A stretch of 32,000 nt of DNA from an uncultured Gammaproteobacteria bacterium (lineage in GTDB: Bacteria; Patescibacteriota; Microgenomatia; Daviesbacterales; UBA10151), in contig CAYHYM010000004.1 in the NCBI GenBank assembly GCA_964360965.1, positions 32,796 through 64,795 on the forward strand. Reading direction: 5' to 3'. A program made the translations under genes and the position numbers. The notes beneath the pieces were generated by a model, which worked only from the letters and a program-made list of their open reading frames with translations, was not told the origin of the DNA and did no database searches. Shown one piece after another: positions 30,980 to 32,000 of this stretch (the first letter of the stretch is position 1; each line of letters starts with the position of its first letter).

Positions 30980-30993
30980 AGTTTAATTGTAGC

Positions 30994-31042
30994 TTAAACT
31001 CCTATTACTTCAAAGGTTGAGCCCACTGAATTTTTAGAAACC
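30994..31042 (-). pseudogene. displaced 3'-end remnant of the SbcC-like ATPase gene
   Basis: The minus strand translates (E)VSKNSVGSTFEVIGV*. Compare EVSKNATGSTFEVIGT* at the end of the partial gene at 31842-32000. It starts at the hicA stop codon. Confidence 0.75.
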
Positions 31043-31267
31043 TCAAAGTAATTTTTTAAGTTCATCAATAGAAATTTCAGCAGATTTTAAAATACTCATT
31101 AAAGTTTTTCTTTTGATAACTTTATTATGATAAGCAATAGTGGCTCTGAGAGTTTTATCAGAATTGTACATGACATAATGGCTTCCACTAATATGATCTA
31201 TTATAAAGTCCTTTCTTTGTAGAGCTTTGATAACCTCTTTTGGTTTAACAATCGGAATTTTTGGCAT
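31043..31267 (-). CDS. hicA: HicA-family toxin (copy 2, intact)
   Basis: 74 aa. KPKEVIKALQRKDFIIDHISGSHYVM contains the GSH motif. Confidence 0.8.
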   Translation of the reverse strand: MPKIPIVKPKEVIKALQRKDFIIDHISGSHYVMYNSDKTLRATIAYHNKVIKRKTLMSILKSAEISIDELKKLL

Positions 31268-31528
31268 TTAAGAAGGGGAGGAGATGGGTATATCTATGGT
31301 GGTCATAAAGCTGGGCCCTTTTTCTTCAGGGACAGGTTCATGATGTTTTTTCAAACTAGCAATATACCCAGTTATAGCATCTTTAACCATCTCTACAGCT
31401 TCTTCTAAACTGTCCCCCTCTGTGATACAACCTGGTAGGGCAGGAACATAGACTACATAGCCACCTTCTTCAGCTGGTTCAAAAATAGCAGTATATTTTA
31501 GAATTTTTTGAGAGATCTTCTTAGTCAT
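31268..31528 (-). CDS. hicB: HicB-family antitoxin (copy 2)
   Basis: 86 aa, roughly 85-90% identical by eye to the copy at 9519-9782. Confidence 0.8.
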   Translation of the reverse strand: MTKKISQKILKYTAIFEPAEEGGYVVYVPALPGCITEGDSLEEAVEMVKDAITGYIASLKKHHEPVPEEKGPSFMTTIDIPISSPS

Positions 31529-31606
31529 AGTTTAATTTTACTACTTTTTACTTTCAAAAACTAGATGCTTGACATCCAGAGAGAAAGAGAGTTAAATAAA
31601 GGTAAT

Positions 31607-31837
31607 ATGGAAGAAAAAAATGACGGTGAGCCTGGAAAAGTATGGGAGGGTTTTGATAGTTTAAGTGCTAGAGAAAAAGAAGGAGTAATTCAGGATCTAA
31701 AAAGCAGTTTTGAAGAAAAATTGGGTAATACAGATCCTAAAGTTAAAGAGATTCTTGTCGATAACTGGGAAAGCATGGTAAGAGTAGCAGCTGGTGTAGC
31801 CAAACCTCAGAAGAGTTTAGGTAATCAAGAGGAATAA
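31607..31837 (+). CDS. hypothetical acidic protein (tracked ORF 31565-31837; ATG 31607 preferred)
   Basis: TTGACA 31569-31574, a 17-nt spacer and TTAAAT 31592-31597 lie inside the tracked ORF, pointing to the start at 31607. Confidence 0.4.
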   Translation: MEEKNDGEPGKVWEGFDSLSAREKEGVIQDLKSSFEEKLGNTDPKVKEILVDNWESMVRVAAGVAKPQKSLGNQEE

Positions 31838-31841
31838 TATT

Positions 31842-32000
31842 TTAAGTTCCTATTACTTCAAAGGTGGAGCCAGTGGCATTTTTGGAAACTTCAATTCTGA
31901 CCGGAAATTCTTCCTTGAGTTCTTCTAAGTGAGTAATCACTAAAATCTTTTCAAAATCATCTTTGATTGAGTCTAAAACCTCAACAATCCTCCCTCTTCC
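31842..32000 (-). CDS. C-terminal end of an SMC/SbcC/Rad50-type ABC ATPase (partial, continues beyond window)
   Basis: ..GRIVEVLDSIKDDFEKILVITHLEELKEEFPVRIEVSKNATGSTFEVIGT* has an H-loop-like VITH followed by a typical SbcC-type tail. Confidence 0.5.
   Translation of the reverse strand, partial: GRGRIVEVLDSIKDDFEKILVITHLEELKEEFPVRIEVSKNATGSTFEVIGT

Noticed and set aside
1-32000. Alternative genetic code (UGA recoding as in some CPR lineages), CRISPR arrays, tRNA/rRNA genes, and transposase or integrase genes.
   Set aside because: Long ORFs terminate normally at TGA, TAA and TAG with family-typical lengths. No spaced direct-repeat array, no tRNA-like cloverleaf region in the few intergenic gaps over 70 nt, and no DDE, tyrosine- or serine-recombinase motifs were seen in any frame of the ORF track.

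Overview
AT-rich bacterial window (roughly 35-40% GC by eye) that uses the standard genetic code. The gene content is compatible with a small-genome, CPR/Patescibacteria-like organism, but that is inference only: single-TM solute-binding protein, VanW, PEGA/SH3, M23 peptidase, a GT2/GT4/UbiA envelope cluster, many tiny TA modules and many orphan genes. About 10.4-31 kb is mostly housekeeping: a SAM-I riboswitch with an orphan gene, a lipoprotein with HExxH, VanW, an ABC solute-binding protein, a hicBA-headed 5-gene overlapping chain, groES-[orphan ORF]-groEL, the envelope glycosyltransferase cluster, tatD, a methyltransferase and metG. About 0.5-10.4 kb and the right edge (31-32 kb) are accessory mosaics. 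They hold five type II TA modules (Doc/AbrB-type, PIN/RHH, three hicBA), two of them with inactivated toxins. They also hold a metazoan-type RHH-glutaminase-ankyrin gene, a duplicated ankyrin ORF, an asparaginase and a YbaK/racemase-like fusion. Main result of the hunt: TA and cargo cassettes are bracketed by direct copies of the 3' ends of the host genes they follow (thpR/ligT x4, Cas4-like nuclease x2, SbcC-like ATPase x2). The copies differ mainly at synonymous sites, and no integrase or transposase is visible, so this may be an undescribed cassette-insertion process that targets gene 3' ends. Second result: a family of GC-rich TTCGAC/GCTCAGG mini-elements. They are inserted in-frame into tatD, groEL and the nuclease, sit at the groES 5' end, and form the leader of the solute-binding gene. 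Many accessory genes show leaderless-type promoter geometry. No rRNA, tRNA or CRISPR was seen.
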